A stretch of DNA of 64,000 nt from Minisyncoccota bacterium. Lineage in GTDB: Bacteria; Patescibacteriota; Minisyncoccia; Phycocordibacterales; Phycocordibacteraceae. Every line of letters begins with the position of its first letter. Positions within the stretch are counted from its first letter, which is position 1. A program made the translations under genes and the position numbers. Of the stretch, positions 9,756 through 19,814 are shown piece after piece. The notes under the pieces were generated by a model. The model saw only the letters and a program-made list of their open reading frames with translations, was not told the DNA's origin and did not search any database. The stretch covers positions 1,824 through 65,823 of the forward strand of contig DASPLK010000002.1 of the NCBI GenBank assembly GCA_035627595.1. Reading direction: 5' to 3'.

Positions 9756-10751
9756 ATGATTGATCTTGCACACATCGCCCGACAAATGGTCGCGCCCGGT
9801 AAGGGACTCCTGGCTGCTGACGAGAGCAACATGAGCGCTGATAAGCGTCTCAAGCTATATGGCATCGAGCCATCGGTCGAGATGCGACGTACGTATCGCG
9901 AGCTATTTCTAAACACGCCCGGTATCGAAGCGTACCTTTCTGGTGTAATCCTCTATGAGGAGACATTGGAGCAAAAGGGGAATGACGGCGTCTCATTTCC
10001 TGAGTCCCTTGCGTCCCGCGGCATCATTCCTGGAATCAAAGTGGACACGGGAACCGAGCCGTTTCCGCAGAGCGCAGACGAGCTCATCACTAACGGGCTC
10101 ATCGGCCTCCCTGAGCGCCTTGCAGAGTATCGTGCAAATTATGGTACTGGCTTCACGAAATGGCGCGCGGTCGTAAAGATCGACGGCGACCGGCTTCCGA
10201 CCGCAACCTCACTCGTTGAGAATGCGAAGCGTCTTGCAGAGTATGCACGCCTAGTACAGGAGGCAGGCATGGTGCCTATCCTTGAACCGGAAGTGCTGCT
10301 AGAAGGTCCGCATAGCCGCGTACGCGCGCGCGAAGTGCTCGTGAGAACTATTGAGACGCTCATGGCGACGCTGCAAGATCATGCGGTTGATTTCTCAGGT
10401 GTCATACTCAAAACCGCTATGGCTGTTTCAGGAAGCGAGAGCGGTAGGCTGGACTCACCTGAAGAAGTTGCCGAAGATACCGTAGGAGCGCTTATAGAGA
10501 CTGTGCCGTCCTCCGTTCCGGGCATTGTGTTCCTGTCTGGTGGACAGACGCCGGATCAGGCAACCGAGAACCTGCGCGCGATTACTGCCAAAGCTCGGGA
10601 AGTGCACGCGCCGTGGCCGATGACCTTCTCTTATGCGCGCGCCTTGCAAGAAGAAGCGCTCACCATCTGGGCTGGTAAAGATGAGAACATGGAAGCGGCT
10701 CGTGCAGCGTATGTAGCGCGGCTTGCTAAGGTCGCAGACGCACTTATATAA
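9756..10751 (+). CDS. fba: Fructose-bisphosphate aldolase, class I
   Basis: GKGLLAADES...LSGVILYEETL class I aldolase motifs. Start chosen at MIDLAHIARQ. Confidence 0.8.
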   Translation: MIDLAHIARQMVAPGKGLLAADESNMSADKRLKLYGIEPSVEMRRTYRELFLNTPGIEAYLSGVILYEETLEQKGNDGVSFPESLASRGIIPGIKVDTGTEPFPQSADELITNGLIGLPERLAEYRANYGTGFTKWRAVVKIDGDRLPTATSLVENAKRLAEYARLVQEAGMVPILEPEVLLEGPHSRVRAREVLVRTIETLMATLQDHAVDFSGVILKTAMAVSGSESGRLDSPEEVAEDTVGALIETVPSSVPGIVFLSGGQTPDQATENLRAITAKAREVHAPWPMTFSYARALQEEALTIWAGKDENMEAARAAYVARLAKVADALI

Positions 10752-10803
10752 GGTGTGGATATAAATGCGCTACTATCGCTACTCAATGCGGTAGGGTGTA
10801 TAG

Positions 10804-11241
10804 ATGCACACCCGGCATGCCGGCTTCACTTTAATCGAGCTCCTGGTTGTCATCGCCATCATCGGCATCCTTTCTGCAACGGTACTCGTATCCCTGAATA
10901 CCGCGCGTAGCAAAGCGCGTGATGCTCGTCGTGAGGCCGATTTGCGGCAGGTGCGGACAGCGCTCGAGCTTCATTACCATGAACACGGGCGCTACCCATA
11001 TCACGTTTCAGGCCAGCGGCTTTCAGGTATAGCATCCTCAATGACCCCTACTTATATAGGAGCCATACCGTTTGACCCTGTAGCAGGGGATACCAGCACT
11101 GGCTACCGCTACTACTCGACTTCAGACTACGATGGGTACCAAATGTTAGTTATGCTCGAGACTGACGCATTAAGTAGCTGGTGCCGTCATGATGGAGGCG
11201 CAAACCCTCCGGCGGTCTGGGCAGCATATCCTCTCTGCTAA
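10804..11241 (+). CDS. Type IV pilin-like protein (prepilin signal)
   Basis: MHTRHAG|[52 protein letters not shown]. Confidence 0.85.
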   Translation: MHTRHAGFTLIELLVVIAIIGILSATVLVSLNTARSKARDARREADLRQVRTALELHYHEHGRYPYHVSGQRLSGIASSMTPTYIGAIPFDPVAGDTSTGYRYYSTSDYDGYQMLVMLETDALSSWCRHDGGANPPAVWAAYPLC

Positions 11242-11246
11242 ATCCT

Positions 11247-11693
11247 ATGTCACACGCAAATCAACCGCGCGGCTTCACGCTCATCGAACTACTCATCGTC
11301 ATTGCTATTATCGGCATCTTGTCTGCGACTGTGCTCGTATCGCTCAATCAAACACGAGTGAAGGCGCGTGACGCGCTGCGCCAGTCAGACTTGCGTCAAG
11401 TCCGTACCGCACTAGAGATTTACTATTTTGATAACGGCCGTTACCCAACAGACGGTCCAAATACACGTCTAGGAGAGATATCCTCGTCATTGGTCCCTAG
11501 ATATATGCCTAAGATGCCCGTTGATCCGACCTACGGGTCAGGCAGTAGTGGGTACCGATATCGTTCGGATTCCGCTGGCGAGCAAGGATACGAGATACTT
11601 GTGAATATGGAGACTGATAGCGTTACCTGGTGTAGGCAGGCGGGCGGTGCACCATCTACTGCCTGGGCCTCGTACCCGGCTTGTAGTAGCTAG
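11247..11693 (+). CDS. Type IV pilin-like protein (prepilin signal)
   Basis: MSHANQPRG|[52 protein letters not shown]. It starts 6 nt after the preceding pilin gene. Confidence 0.85.
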   Translation: MSHANQPRGFTLIELLIVIAIIGILSATVLVSLNQTRVKARDALRQSDLRQVRTALEIYYFDNGRYPTDGPNTRLGEISSSLVPRYMPKMPVDPTYGSGSSGYRYRSDSAGEQGYEILVNMETDSVTWCRQAGGAPSTAWASYPACSS

Positions 11694-11731
11694 CGACTTG
11701 CAGAAGCGCCCTTAATCCGTATACTTCCCGC

Positions 11732-12361
11732 ATGCCACAACTAACCGTCACCCCCCGCACTGAGATCGGGAAGTCCTCCTCGCTTTTGGCGAAGGACGGC
11801 CTCATGCCTGCTGTTGTCTACGGACATAAGCAGGAGGCGACCCCGGTTTCTCTTCCGATTGCGGATTTCACCAGGATTCTCCGCGAGAGCGGTGAGTCCG
11901 TTGTCATCGACATCGATGGCCTCGGCAAGCCAATGCAGGTCTTGATCCACGATATCGACCGCGATCCTGTTTCAAATCAGCCCCGCCATGCAGACCTTTA
12001 CGCTATCGAGAAGGGAGCAAAGGTTGAGGTAGCCGTACCGCTTTCCTTTACTGGCGAGTCGTTTGCGGTAAAAACCGGTGCAAACCTAGTGAAGGTGCTT
12101 CATGAGCTCCAGATCGAGGCTGCGCCTGCAGACCTTCCGCAGGAGATCGAGATCGATATTTCTGCACTCAATGCTGTTGGTGATCAGATCCATGTGAAGG
12201 ATCTCGTCCTACCGAAGGGCGTTGTGACCCATGTAGACCCAGAAGAGGTCGTTGTGCTCGCGCAGGAAGTCGAAGTAGATACTGAGACTGATACTGCCGC
12301 TCCAGATATGGGAGCTATCGAGGTAGAGAAAAAGGGTAAGGACGAAGAACAGGCGGCATAA
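11732..12361 (+). CDS. rplY: 50S ribosomal protein L25 / general stress protein Ctc
   Basis: LTVTPRTEIGKSSSLLAKDGLMPAVVYG...SLPIADF is an L25 N-terminal beta-barrel signature, followed by the Ctc-type C-terminal domain. Confidence 0.8.
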   Translation: MPQLTVTPRTEIGKSSSLLAKDGLMPAVVYGHKQEATPVSLPIADFTRILRESGESVVIDIDGLGKPMQVLIHDIDRDPVSNQPRHADLYAIEKGAKVEVAVPLSFTGESFAVKTGANLVKVLHELQIEAAPADLPQEIEIDISALNAVGDQIHVKDLVLPKGVVTHVDPEEVVVLAQEVEVDTETDTAAPDMGAIEVEKKGKDEEQAA

Positions 12362-12376
12362 ACATGAACGCTTCAC

Positions 12377-12406
12377 AAAAAGCGGTTCCGAGAGGGACCG
12401 CTTTTT
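12377..12406 (+). terminator. Rho-independent terminator after rplY
   Basis: aaaaagcggttcc-gagag-ggaccgcttttt hairpin followed by a T run, then a TATACT -10-like hexamer. Confidence 0.6.
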
Positions 12407-12423
12407 GATATACTAAGCTTCTT

Positions 12424-13770
12424 ATGGGTGCACGACTTCTCTTCGCAGCACTTCTACTTAGTACCATCGGCGCGATTGCTCCGTCGGTATTATTTGCGCA
12501 GAGTACGGATGCGACCGCGCAACGTCGCGCAGAACTTCAGCGTCAGCTAAATTCAGTGGAATCACAGATCGCAGCAACCAACTCTGTCATTACGAAGCTT
12601 CAGGGCGAAGGCGCATCATTGCAGCGCGATATCAATATTCTCGATGGAGAGATCAAAAAGGCAAAGCTCCAGGTGCAGGCGACCGATATCGCAATCCAAG
12701 CGCTGGCAAGTAACATCACAGTCCATTCGAGAACCATCAGTACGCTCACGGAACAGCTGGGAACTCAAAAGGAGGCGCTCGCAGAAGTGATCCGCAAGAC
12801 ACGTGAGTACGATGACTACTCTTTGGTGGAGGTCGCGTTTTCTGCTAAGGACGTATCCGAGTTCTTCGGCGATCTCGATTCTTATGCAGCGATCAACGCC
12901 GCCATCGACGCTTCAAGTAAGCGCATCATTTCCACACGCGAGTCTACATCCCAGGAGCGCGATGCGCTTGAGACTCAGAAGTCGCAACACGAGAAGCTAA
13001 AACAGTTGAAGGTGGCTGAGCAGCGGAAAGTTCAGGAGCAGGAAGTCGCAAAGCAGAAGCTGCTCGATCAGACCAAGGGGCAAGAAGCCGCGTATCAGCA
13101 GGTTAAGGCAATGCATGAGCGTACTGCAGCGCAGATCCGTGCTGAGCTCTTTGCGCTAGCGGGCGGAGGCGGCGCAATTCCATTTGGCACAGCGGTCGAA
13201 CATGCAAAGACAGCATCACGTCTCACAGGCGTTCGTCCCGCGCTCATCCTCGCAATTCTCTCTCAGGAATCTGATCTCGGAAGGAATGTCGGTCAGTGTC
13301 TTATCACAAGTCTTGAGACAGGCGATGGAAAGGGAAAGAACACAGGCACGCCGTTCTCGGGTGTCATGAAGGTGCCGCGTGATACCGTCCCGTTCAAGCG
13401 CATTATGGATGCGCTTGGCCAAGACTGGTCTACAACAGCAGTCTCCTGTCCGCAGCCGGGTGGCTATGGAGGTGCGATGGGACCAACGCAGTTCATTCCT
13501 TCTACGTGGGAAATGTATGAGGGCCGCATCAAGAGTGCGCTTGGGGTTGCTGCATCAAACCCATGGAATTCACTACATGCGATTACCGCAACGGGCTTCT
13601 ATCTAGCTGATGTCGGTGCCGCTGGAGGTGCTTACCAAGCAGAACATACGGCAGCAGCCCGATATTATGCTGGCGGCAACTGGGCAACGGCAGGACAGGT
13701 ATACGCTAACAGCGTAATGGGGAAGGCAGCCGCTTTCCAGAAGGATATCGATACGCTAAACGGAAATTAG
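12424..13770 (+). CDS. Secreted coiled-coil protein with C-terminal lytic transglycosylase (SLT/MltB-like) domain
   Basis: Signal peptide. About 230 aa of heptad coiled-coil (EnvC-like). Then ILSQESDLGR (catalytic Glu context) and GAMGPTQFIPSTW, which are typical of lytic murein transglycosylases. Confidence 0.7.
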   Translation: MGARLLFAALLLSTIGAIAPSVLFAQSTDATAQRRAELQRQLNSVESQIAATNSVITKLQGEGASLQRDINILDGEIKKAKLQVQATDIAIQALASNITVHSRTISTLTEQLGTQKEALAEVIRKTREYDDYSLVEVAFSAKDVSEFFGDLDSYAAINAAIDASSKRIISTRESTSQERDALETQKSQHEKLKQLKVAEQRKVQEQEVAKQKLLDQTKGQEAAYQQVKAMHERTAAQIRAELFALAGGGGAIPFGTAVEHAKTASRLTGVRPALILAILSQESDLGRNVGQCLITSLETGDGKGKNTGTPFSGVMKVPRDTVPFKRIMDALGQDWSTTAVSCPQPGGYGGAMGPTQFIPSTWEMYEGRIKSALGVAASNPWNSLHAITATGFYLADVGAAGGAYQAEHTAAARYYAGGNWATAGQVYANSVMGKAAAFQKDIDTLNGN

Positions 13771-13844
13771 GCGGTTCCTTTCTTCCTATACTTTTCCACA
13801 TTGGATAAACGAAAACCATGTAGGTCGGTTATGCTTAGACTTAC

Positions 13845-15269
13845 ATGAACAAGACACTCGCATTTGTCCTCTCCGTATTATTATTGTCATCGCCGCTATA
13901 CTCGTCCGCACAAGAAGCCGCTGATCTGCCAGAACCAGAAGCGGTTGAGCAACAGGAAACTGCTGTTTTGCCAGAAACAGTCGAGCTACCAGCACGCCTC
14001 ACTGCTCCTGAAGGACTCACCTCGTGTTTTGAGACATATCGCTTTGGCTCGGTATATGCAGATTTAGCTCCATCACTCACAGAAGCATCGCAAAGCTCCT
14101 CGCTCGCATTCTCAGGGACGATAACAAATGAGAATCCATATCCTGTATCTGATATCACGATCTGGGCGAAAGTATTTAAGGTTCGTACGGAAGGAAAGGA
14201 CATAAACGGCCCGGATGTGCTTGCATGGGAAGCGGTCGCAACTGATCTAACCCTTAAAGCAGGCGAGACACGTCCGCTCTCGTATGAATGGTTCGTTCCT
14301 GCAGATGCCGAGCCGGGAAACTACCAGCTCGCAACCTATGTCACCAACTTCGATAGGTTTGAGCTATCAGGTCTGACCTTCACGGACGATATCGTCGGCA
14401 TGAAGAATGAGTTCACGGTGGTTGGAGACTCTATGGGCGCAGTGCGCTTTGATAAAGATGGTGTAACGGTTGCTGATCGCACATTTTACTTTGCTGCCTA
14501 TCCGCCAACTCTTCCTAGAGATACGGAGTCCGTACCGGTAGTCGCTACTATCGTTAACACAACGCCGGCACCCTACTTTGGAACGGTAACGTGGAAGCTG
14601 CACTATTGGGATCGCATTACAAATCGCACGCTCATCTCTGAATCAACTGAAGAGGTGCAGGTTAATCCAAATGAAACTGCGACCGTATCCTATACCGTGG
14701 ATGATACAGATCACGCGGTGTACTATCTCGTTGGCGAACTAGAGACCGAGCTAGGCTCGAAATCAATTATTGGCGTACGCTTTGTACGCGAGGGAGTTCA
14801 GGAGGCACGTTTGAACTTCGTAACGGGTACACCTGACCCAGAGAGCGGAAAGGGTGTTGCGGTTGCGTGTATTCACGCAACTAACTACACGCCCGTTGAA
14901 AATGGCCGCATAGAGCTTTCTGCTCGCCGTTCGGGACTCTTTTACGATCTCCTCGCGCCGTTTGGAATTGGCGATCTTGGATTCAAGAAGTATGAGGGCC
15001 TAATCTCTAGCGAGATTTATGCGCTTGAGATGCCTCTTACTGCAGCAGCAGCTTCATACGTAGTAAGCGCAAAACTGTATCAAGGAGATGAGCTCGTGGA
15101 CCAGGTGAGTGTGCCGTACTGTGAAGGTGACAAGTGCGCATCCATGATCTGGGTGTACGTATCCGTAGGTTTGATCCTCCTCAGTCTTATTGGAATCGGT
15201 GTGTACGTTCTTCTGAGACGACGACGTACTACTGCAATACCGCAGCCACCAGTAACCCCAACCGTATGA
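13845..15269 (+). CDS. Secreted hypothetical protein with C-terminal TM anchor plus poly-Arg stop-transfer
   Basis: Signal peptide (LAFVLSVLLLSSPLYSSAQE). C-terminal IWVYVSVGLILLSLIGIGVYVLLRRRR. No recognisable catalytic motif. Confidence 0.6.
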   Translation: MNKTLAFVLSVLLLSSPLYSSAQEAADLPEPEAVEQQETAVLPETVELPARLTAPEGLTSCFETYRFGSVYADLAPSLTEASQSSSLAFSGTITNENPYPVSDITIWAKVFKVRTEGKDINGPDVLAWEAVATDLTLKAGETRPLSYEWFVPADAEPGNYQLATYVTNFDRFELSGLTFTDDIVGMKNEFTVVGDSMGAVRFDKDGVTVADRTFYFAAYPPTLPRDTESVPVVATIVNTTPAPYFGTVTWKLHYWDRITNRTLISESTEEVQVNPNETATVSYTVDDTDHAVYYLVGELETELGSKSIIGVRFVREGVQEARLNFVTGTPDPESGKGVAVACIHATNYTPVENGRIELSARRSGLFYDLLAPFGIGDLGFKKYEGLISSEIYALEMPLTAAAASYVVSAKLYQGDELVDQVSVPYCEGDKCASMIWVYVSVGLILLSLIGIGVYVLLRRRRTTAIPQPPVTPTV

Positions 15270-17272
15270 TCCGTATCACCAACGCCCTCGTTTTCTCGCT
15301 AGTACTTTTGGGAGCTGTCTCGTACGCACCGCAAGCGGAAGCTAAGAGTGTGTCTCATAGCTATGTGTACGAGGCATACATGATGCTCACCCAGGCGACG
15401 CCATTTTGGGCGGAAATGAGCAATCCGAACGTGACGGTTACCTATGAAGCCACGATCACTAATGCAGACACGGGTGCAGTGATCAATGATGGTGCGCAGG
15501 TGCCCAAAGGAACACGCATCAAGATAGCGCCTAAGCCGCATACCTCGGACGATATTTACTGGTTCGGCACTGGTTCCTCAAATGACAGTCCGTATGGTAG
15601 CTGGGGCACTTCCGCTCCTGGCGTCACCTGCGACGCTAAGGACTTCCTGAACCCGGTCTACTACGTCGGTGATGTGTATGTGTCTGTGATTGTCCCTCCG
15701 CCAACTAAAACGATTACACAGTCAAGCAATATGACTTGCGGAGCTGTTGCCGCAGATGGATCAAAAATATGTACCGTGACGGGTGTAGGAGCTGCTACAG
15801 CAACAGTTAAATTTGCTGCGACATCCGGTACATGGCACTCATCCTACAAACCTTCGGGAGATCCAACTACGTGTAGGCGTGGATTTAGTCCCGTATATAA
15901 TACATATCGAAATCCGGACGGTTGGTCGTACTCCAGCGAAGTTGCACGTGTCGATGTTCCGGAGAAGTCTATTACGTTCTCTTTTAACGCAGTAGATGTT
16001 CAGGCACCGCCAGCAGCTCCAACGATAACGTGTCCAGCTTCAGGTAAGGTGGGACAAGAGCTTAGCTTCACCTTTACCGCAGCGGATCCAAACAGTGACC
16101 AGCTTCGTTACGGTATTAACTGGGCAGGGGGCACGACTGTTACCCAGTGGGCACCTGCATCAGGATACGTAAATAGCGGAACTGCCCAGACGGTTAAGCG
16201 CACATGGACTTCTGCTGGCACGTACACGGTGAGGGCTCTTGCCCAAGACAGCAAGGGAGCATCCTCTGCATGGGCCTCGTGCCAGGTAACGATTTCAGCG
16301 TCGCCTGACCTCATCCCAACTTCGCTTACACCGCAGCGAGCAGTCGAAGATAGGTCCGTAACGTTCGTTGCCAACATATCGAATGCAGGAGGAGCGGCTG
16401 CTGGAACATTCTCATCAACGGTGTACATCTGTGCCCAGGCAGATACAGCCTGCAGGAATAGTGTCGTCGCAAACGCAAATAACTCATGGTTTAAACGGCT
16501 TGTAGCGTTCTTCATACCATCTGTAGCGCGAGCTGCTACTGCGGTTCAGGTGCGGCTAAGTGGAAGCGGAATTGCTGCAGCTTCAAGTGGGCAGCAAACG
16601 GGAAGCTACACATTCCCTAATCAAGGCACGTACGTCATGCGTGTATGCGCAGACCGTCCCGCTAATGCGGTCGTCGAGTCTAATGAGACGAATAACTGTC
16701 AGGATTGGACCACAATTGTTGTTGATCCTGCAGTGCCGCCTTCAGTCTCGTGTGCCGTATCTCCAACACGCATCAGCTCAGGTCAAAGTGTTACGTACAC
16801 GACGACATCTAATGGCGGAGCTACGGGACCTTACACCTGGACTCCTTCAGATGGAGCAAACGTAGGTACGGGCGCATCAGTGACTCGCACAATCACTACG
16901 CCTGGCCCTCACAGCATGACCGTAAAGGGTTCAAACACAGCGGTAGCAAACTGTCCGCTTGTGGATGTGACCGCAACCTGGTGTACGAGTTCAACACCGG
17001 ACCTCACCATAACCGCAGAGCCTAGTCGAGTTAACATTGGCCAGTCAGTTGAGCTTGAGTGGAGTGCTAGGGGAGTTAATGGCCAGAACGCTACTTGTAC
17101 GGTTACGGGCCCTGGAGTTTCCTGGTCTGGACCGGTCTCTCTAGCACCTTCCTGTAGCGTATCTGGATCAGCAAATCCGGTCATAAACACTCAAAGTACC
17201 TATACGCTCACCTGTGGTGCTACGAGCGAGTCAGTTATTGTGAACGTGGTGCCTGACGTCGTCGAGTTCTAG
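15266..17272 (+). CDS. Large secreted protein with multiple Ig-like/PKD-like domains (paralog of 18355..19749)
   Basis: ATG overlaps the upstream TGA (ATGA). Signal peptide (LVFSLVLLGAVSYAPQAEA). Repeated Cys-bounded ~90-aa modules. The C-terminal VIVNVVPDVVEF motif is shared with the paralog. Confidence 0.65.
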   Translation: MIRITNALVFSLVLLGAVSYAPQAEAKSVSHSYVYEAYMMLTQATPFWAEMSNPNVTVTYEATITNADTGAVINDGAQVPKGTRIKIAPKPHTSDDIYWFGTGSSNDSPYGSWGTSAPGVTCDAKDFLNPVYYVGDVYVSVIVPPPTKTITQSSNMTCGAVAADGSKICTVTGVGAATATVKFAATSGTWHSSYKPSGDPTTCRRGFSPVYNTYRNPDGWSYSSEVARVDVPEKSITFSFNAVDVQAPPAAPTITCPASGKVGQELSFTFTAADPNSDQLRYGINWAGGTTVTQWAPASGYVNSGTAQTVKRTWTSAGTYTVRALAQDSKGASSAWASCQVTISASPDLIPTSLTPQRAVEDRSVTFVANISNAGGAAAGTFSSTVYICAQADTACRNSVVANANNSWFKRLVAFFIPSVARAATAVQVRLSGSGIAAASSGQQTGSYTFPNQGTYVMRVCADRPANAVVESNETNNCQDWTTIVVDPAVPPSVSCAVSPTRISSGQSVTYTTTSNGGATGPYTWTPSDGANVGTGASVTRTITTPGPHSMTVKGSNTAVANCPLVDVTATWCTSSTPDLTITAEPSRVNIGQSVELEWSARGVNGQNATCTVTGPGVSWSGPVSLAPSCSVSGSANPVINTQSTYTLTCGATSESVIVNVVPDVVEF

Positions 17273-17335
17273 TCAGACAGCCGGATGACACTGAAGTGAG
17301 CGGTTGCGGTGCAGCCTGAACAGTGATCTATCCAC

Positions 17336-17656
17336 ATGCGTGATACCGTCCCTGTAAAGGAGGCGGTATCATTGCGTTATATGGATGAACCTACTACTAC
17401 TCCTGTGCAAGAAGCATCTGCGTCTATAAAGAAAAAGCTTCCCATTTATGCTCTTATCGTTGCCCTGCTTGTTACAGCAGCTCTCGCCGCGGCAGCGCTT
17501 TGGCACTACCATCCGTATTTTAAAGAGCAGCGCGCGGTGCAAGAGGGCGAGGAAAGACAGGCCATTCTCAACTCGCTCCCTGAGAATCCTGCGGCCAAAG
17601 ACCTCACCTTTGAGGAACGTGAGGCGATCCTTTCGGGCCTTGAGATAGCTGAATAG
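17336..17656 (+). CDS. Small single-pass membrane protein
   Basis: Single TM helix (LPIYALIVALLVTAALAAAALW), co-oriented within the secreted-protein operon. Confidence 0.45.
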   Translation: MRDTVPVKEAVSLRYMDEPTTTPVQEASASIKKKLPIYALIVALLVTAALAAAALWHYHPYFKEQRAVQEGEERQAILNSLPENPAAKDLTFEEREAILSGLEIAE

Positions 17657-17739
17657 TTTTCCCCCTAAAGGGTTTTGCCCTGGTATGTGAGAGAGCCTCA
17701 GGAGTATACTTAGTGTATTAACCTACGAATTATTTCCGC

Positions 17740-18336
17740 ATGCGTACCATTAAGAAACTACTGGGTGCTATACACAAGCCTCTACTTACGGCGCTTATCG
17801 CCGTGTTTGTTGTCGGCGGTGTTGCCGTCGCTCAGACAACCTTCACACAGCCTGCATCAACACCTCCTGGTGGAAACGTCTCGGCACCGGTAAATGTTGG
17901 AACGACATTTCAGCAGAAGCTTGGCCAATTGTGGTCAAAGTCCATGGGTACGGATGATGGATACTGTATTGGGGACAGCTGTATCACGGAGTGGCCAACC
18001 AATACGATCGCGAGCTGCCAGATGTGTATTTCGGTCAAGGCTGACACTAGCGGCGACAACAGCAAGGCGCGTCAGTGTGGCGGCACCTCAGGCGGAATAG
18101 CTGCAGGTGGAGGTACGTCGTGTGTGCCGATCGACCAGTGGACCGCACCGTATCGTGACGATACTGACGACCGTGCCGGTGGCTGTCAGATGCAGTGGAA
18201 GCTCGACTGTACGGCTCCATACGGCGATAGACCAGCGCCAGCCCCTCCTACTTACACGGGTGATGGAAATGACGAAGTCGTAAATCCAGGCGATAGGTTT
18301 GAAGAAAGGTCTACCGAGTACGAAACAGTACAGTAA
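17740..18336 (+). CDS. Cys-rich secreted/signal-anchored hypothetical protein
   Basis: N-terminal TM/signal (LLTALIAVFVVGGVAVAQT). Ten Cys residues in a 150-aa ectodomain. Confidence 0.5.
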   Translation: MRTIKKLLGAIHKPLLTALIAVFVVGGVAVAQTTFTQPASTPPGGNVSAPVNVGTTFQQKLGQLWSKSMGTDDGYCIGDSCITEWPTNTIASCQMCISVKADTSGDNSKARQCGGTSGGIAAGGGTSCVPIDQWTAPYRDDTDDRAGGCQMQWKLDCTAPYGDRPAPAPPTYTGDGNDEVVNPGDRFEERSTEYETVQ

Positions 18337-18354
18337 GTCCTTATCGTCTATTTC

Positions 18355-19749
18355 ATGCGCTTCCTTCTAGTATTCCTGTCTGTTGCGATATTCGCACTTC
18401 CGCATATCGCAGAAGCAGGATCTTCTGACAATCTGTCGGGTTGGGCATGGTCATCCACCATCGGATGGGTAAGCTTCAACAGCACAACAGGAGGCGGCGC
18501 TAATTATGGCGTAACCGTGAGCGACAGTGGCCTCATGAGTGGATACGCATGGTCTCCAAACGTGGGCTGGATAACCTTCAACAGCAGCCAGCTTGGTGGT
18601 TGTCCTACTGCACCGTGCCAGGCAAACTTCAACAAGCAGACGGGCGCAGTAACCGGATGGGCACGCGCCCTCGCAGGTAACGGTTCGTCCGTCCAAACAG
18701 GTGGTTGGGGAGGCTGGATACAGCTTTCCGGTAGCTCGTACGGAGTATCGGCAACAGGCTGCCAATGGGATGGCTATGCATGGGGAGGAGGACAAAACCT
18801 TCAGAATGGCGTTATTGGCTGGCTTTCATTTAGTGGTTCGGGATACGGGGTGACGGGTACGGGAAGTGCGTGTGTCGCTTCGTCGGTAGACCTGACGGCA
18901 GGAGCCGTCACGCCAACAACCGCAACTGCTGGATCAGCGATAACTCTTCGCGCAAATGCTTCAAATATTGGTACTGCAGCATCGGGGAGCTTCCCGGTGC
19001 TGTTCCAAGTACTTGAAACGGGAGCACGCTTCAATAGCTCGTACTTGGCTGCCATTGCTGCTGGCGGCAGTAGAGAAGGCACCGCAAGCCATACTTTTAG
19101 CGATGAGGGCACGTATTCTGTCCGAGCCTGTGCGAACTACAACACCTCATGGGCCAATATCACGGCTGAAGGCAACTACGCAAACAATTGTGGACCGTGG
19201 ACAACAATTACGGTACAAGCCGCCTCCTCACCCGCACTTAGTTGTAGTGTCAGCAATACCAGTGTCAGTCCCGGACAAAGCGTGACATACAATGCAAATC
19301 CGTCGGGTGGTGCTACCGGCCCGTACAGCTGGAGCGCAGCTGATGGGGGAAGCTACGGCACTGCTGCCACTGTTACGCGTACGCTTACGGCTCCTGGCGT
19401 TTATGCGATGAATGTCGATGCGTCGAATACGGCTGTCTCTTACTGTCCAACCGTGTCAGTTAGCGCGTGCCCTGGATCACACACAGCCTCCATCGAGGCT
19501 GACAGGACCCGCGTCAGTTCCGGTTCTACCATTACGCTCAACTGGGAAGCTAGCGGCGTCGCTCGGAGCTGTGTGATAACAGGGCCTACAGGCACGCTCC
19601 ATACCGTAAATGCTACGAGCTGTAACATTCCTGACGGCACTATTACTGCGGCGGTCACGACCCAGAGCACCTTCACCATTTCCTGCGATAGCGGAGAGAT
19701 TACGGACTCCGTCATCGTAAACGTCATCCCTGAGTTCACAGAGTTCTAA
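18355..19749 (+). CDS. Secreted Ig-like repeat protein (paralog of C-terminal half of 15266..17272)
   Basis: Signal peptide. The NNCGPWTTITV...SGGATGPYSWSAADGG...TAVSYCP blocks are near-collinear with NNCQDWTTIVV...NGGATGPYTWTPSDGA...TAVANCP in the paralog. Ends in VIVNVIPEFTEF. Confidence 0.65.
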   Translation: MRFLLVFLSVAIFALPHIAEAGSSDNLSGWAWSSTIGWVSFNSTTGGGANYGVTVSDSGLMSGYAWSPNVGWITFNSSQLGGCPTAPCQANFNKQTGAVTGWARALAGNGSSVQTGGWGGWIQLSGSSYGVSATGCQWDGYAWGGGQNLQNGVIGWLSFSGSGYGVTGTGSACVASSVDLTAGAVTPTTATAGSAITLRANASNIGTAASGSFPVLFQVLETGARFNSSYLAAIAAGGSREGTASHTFSDEGTYSVRACANYNTSWANITAEGNYANNCGPWTTITVQAASSPALSCSVSNTSVSPGQSVTYNANPSGGATGPYSWSAADGGSYGTAATVTRTLTAPGVYAMNVDASNTAVSYCPTVSVSACPGSHTASIEADRTRVSSGSTITLNWEASGVARSCVITGPTGTLHTVNATSCNIPDGTITAAVTTQSTFTISCDSGEITDSVIVNVIPEFTEF

Positions 19750-19761
19750 ACGTAGAAGGGT

Positions 19762-19795
19762 GAGGAAAACCCCGTGTTTGCACGGGGTTTTCCTC
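19762..19795 (+). terminator. Hairpin terminator ending the secreted-protein operon
   Basis: gaggaaaaccccgtg-tttg-cacggggttttcctc, a perfect 15-bp stem. Confidence 0.65.
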
Positions 19796-19814
19796 TATGG
19801 TACAGTTGCCGACG

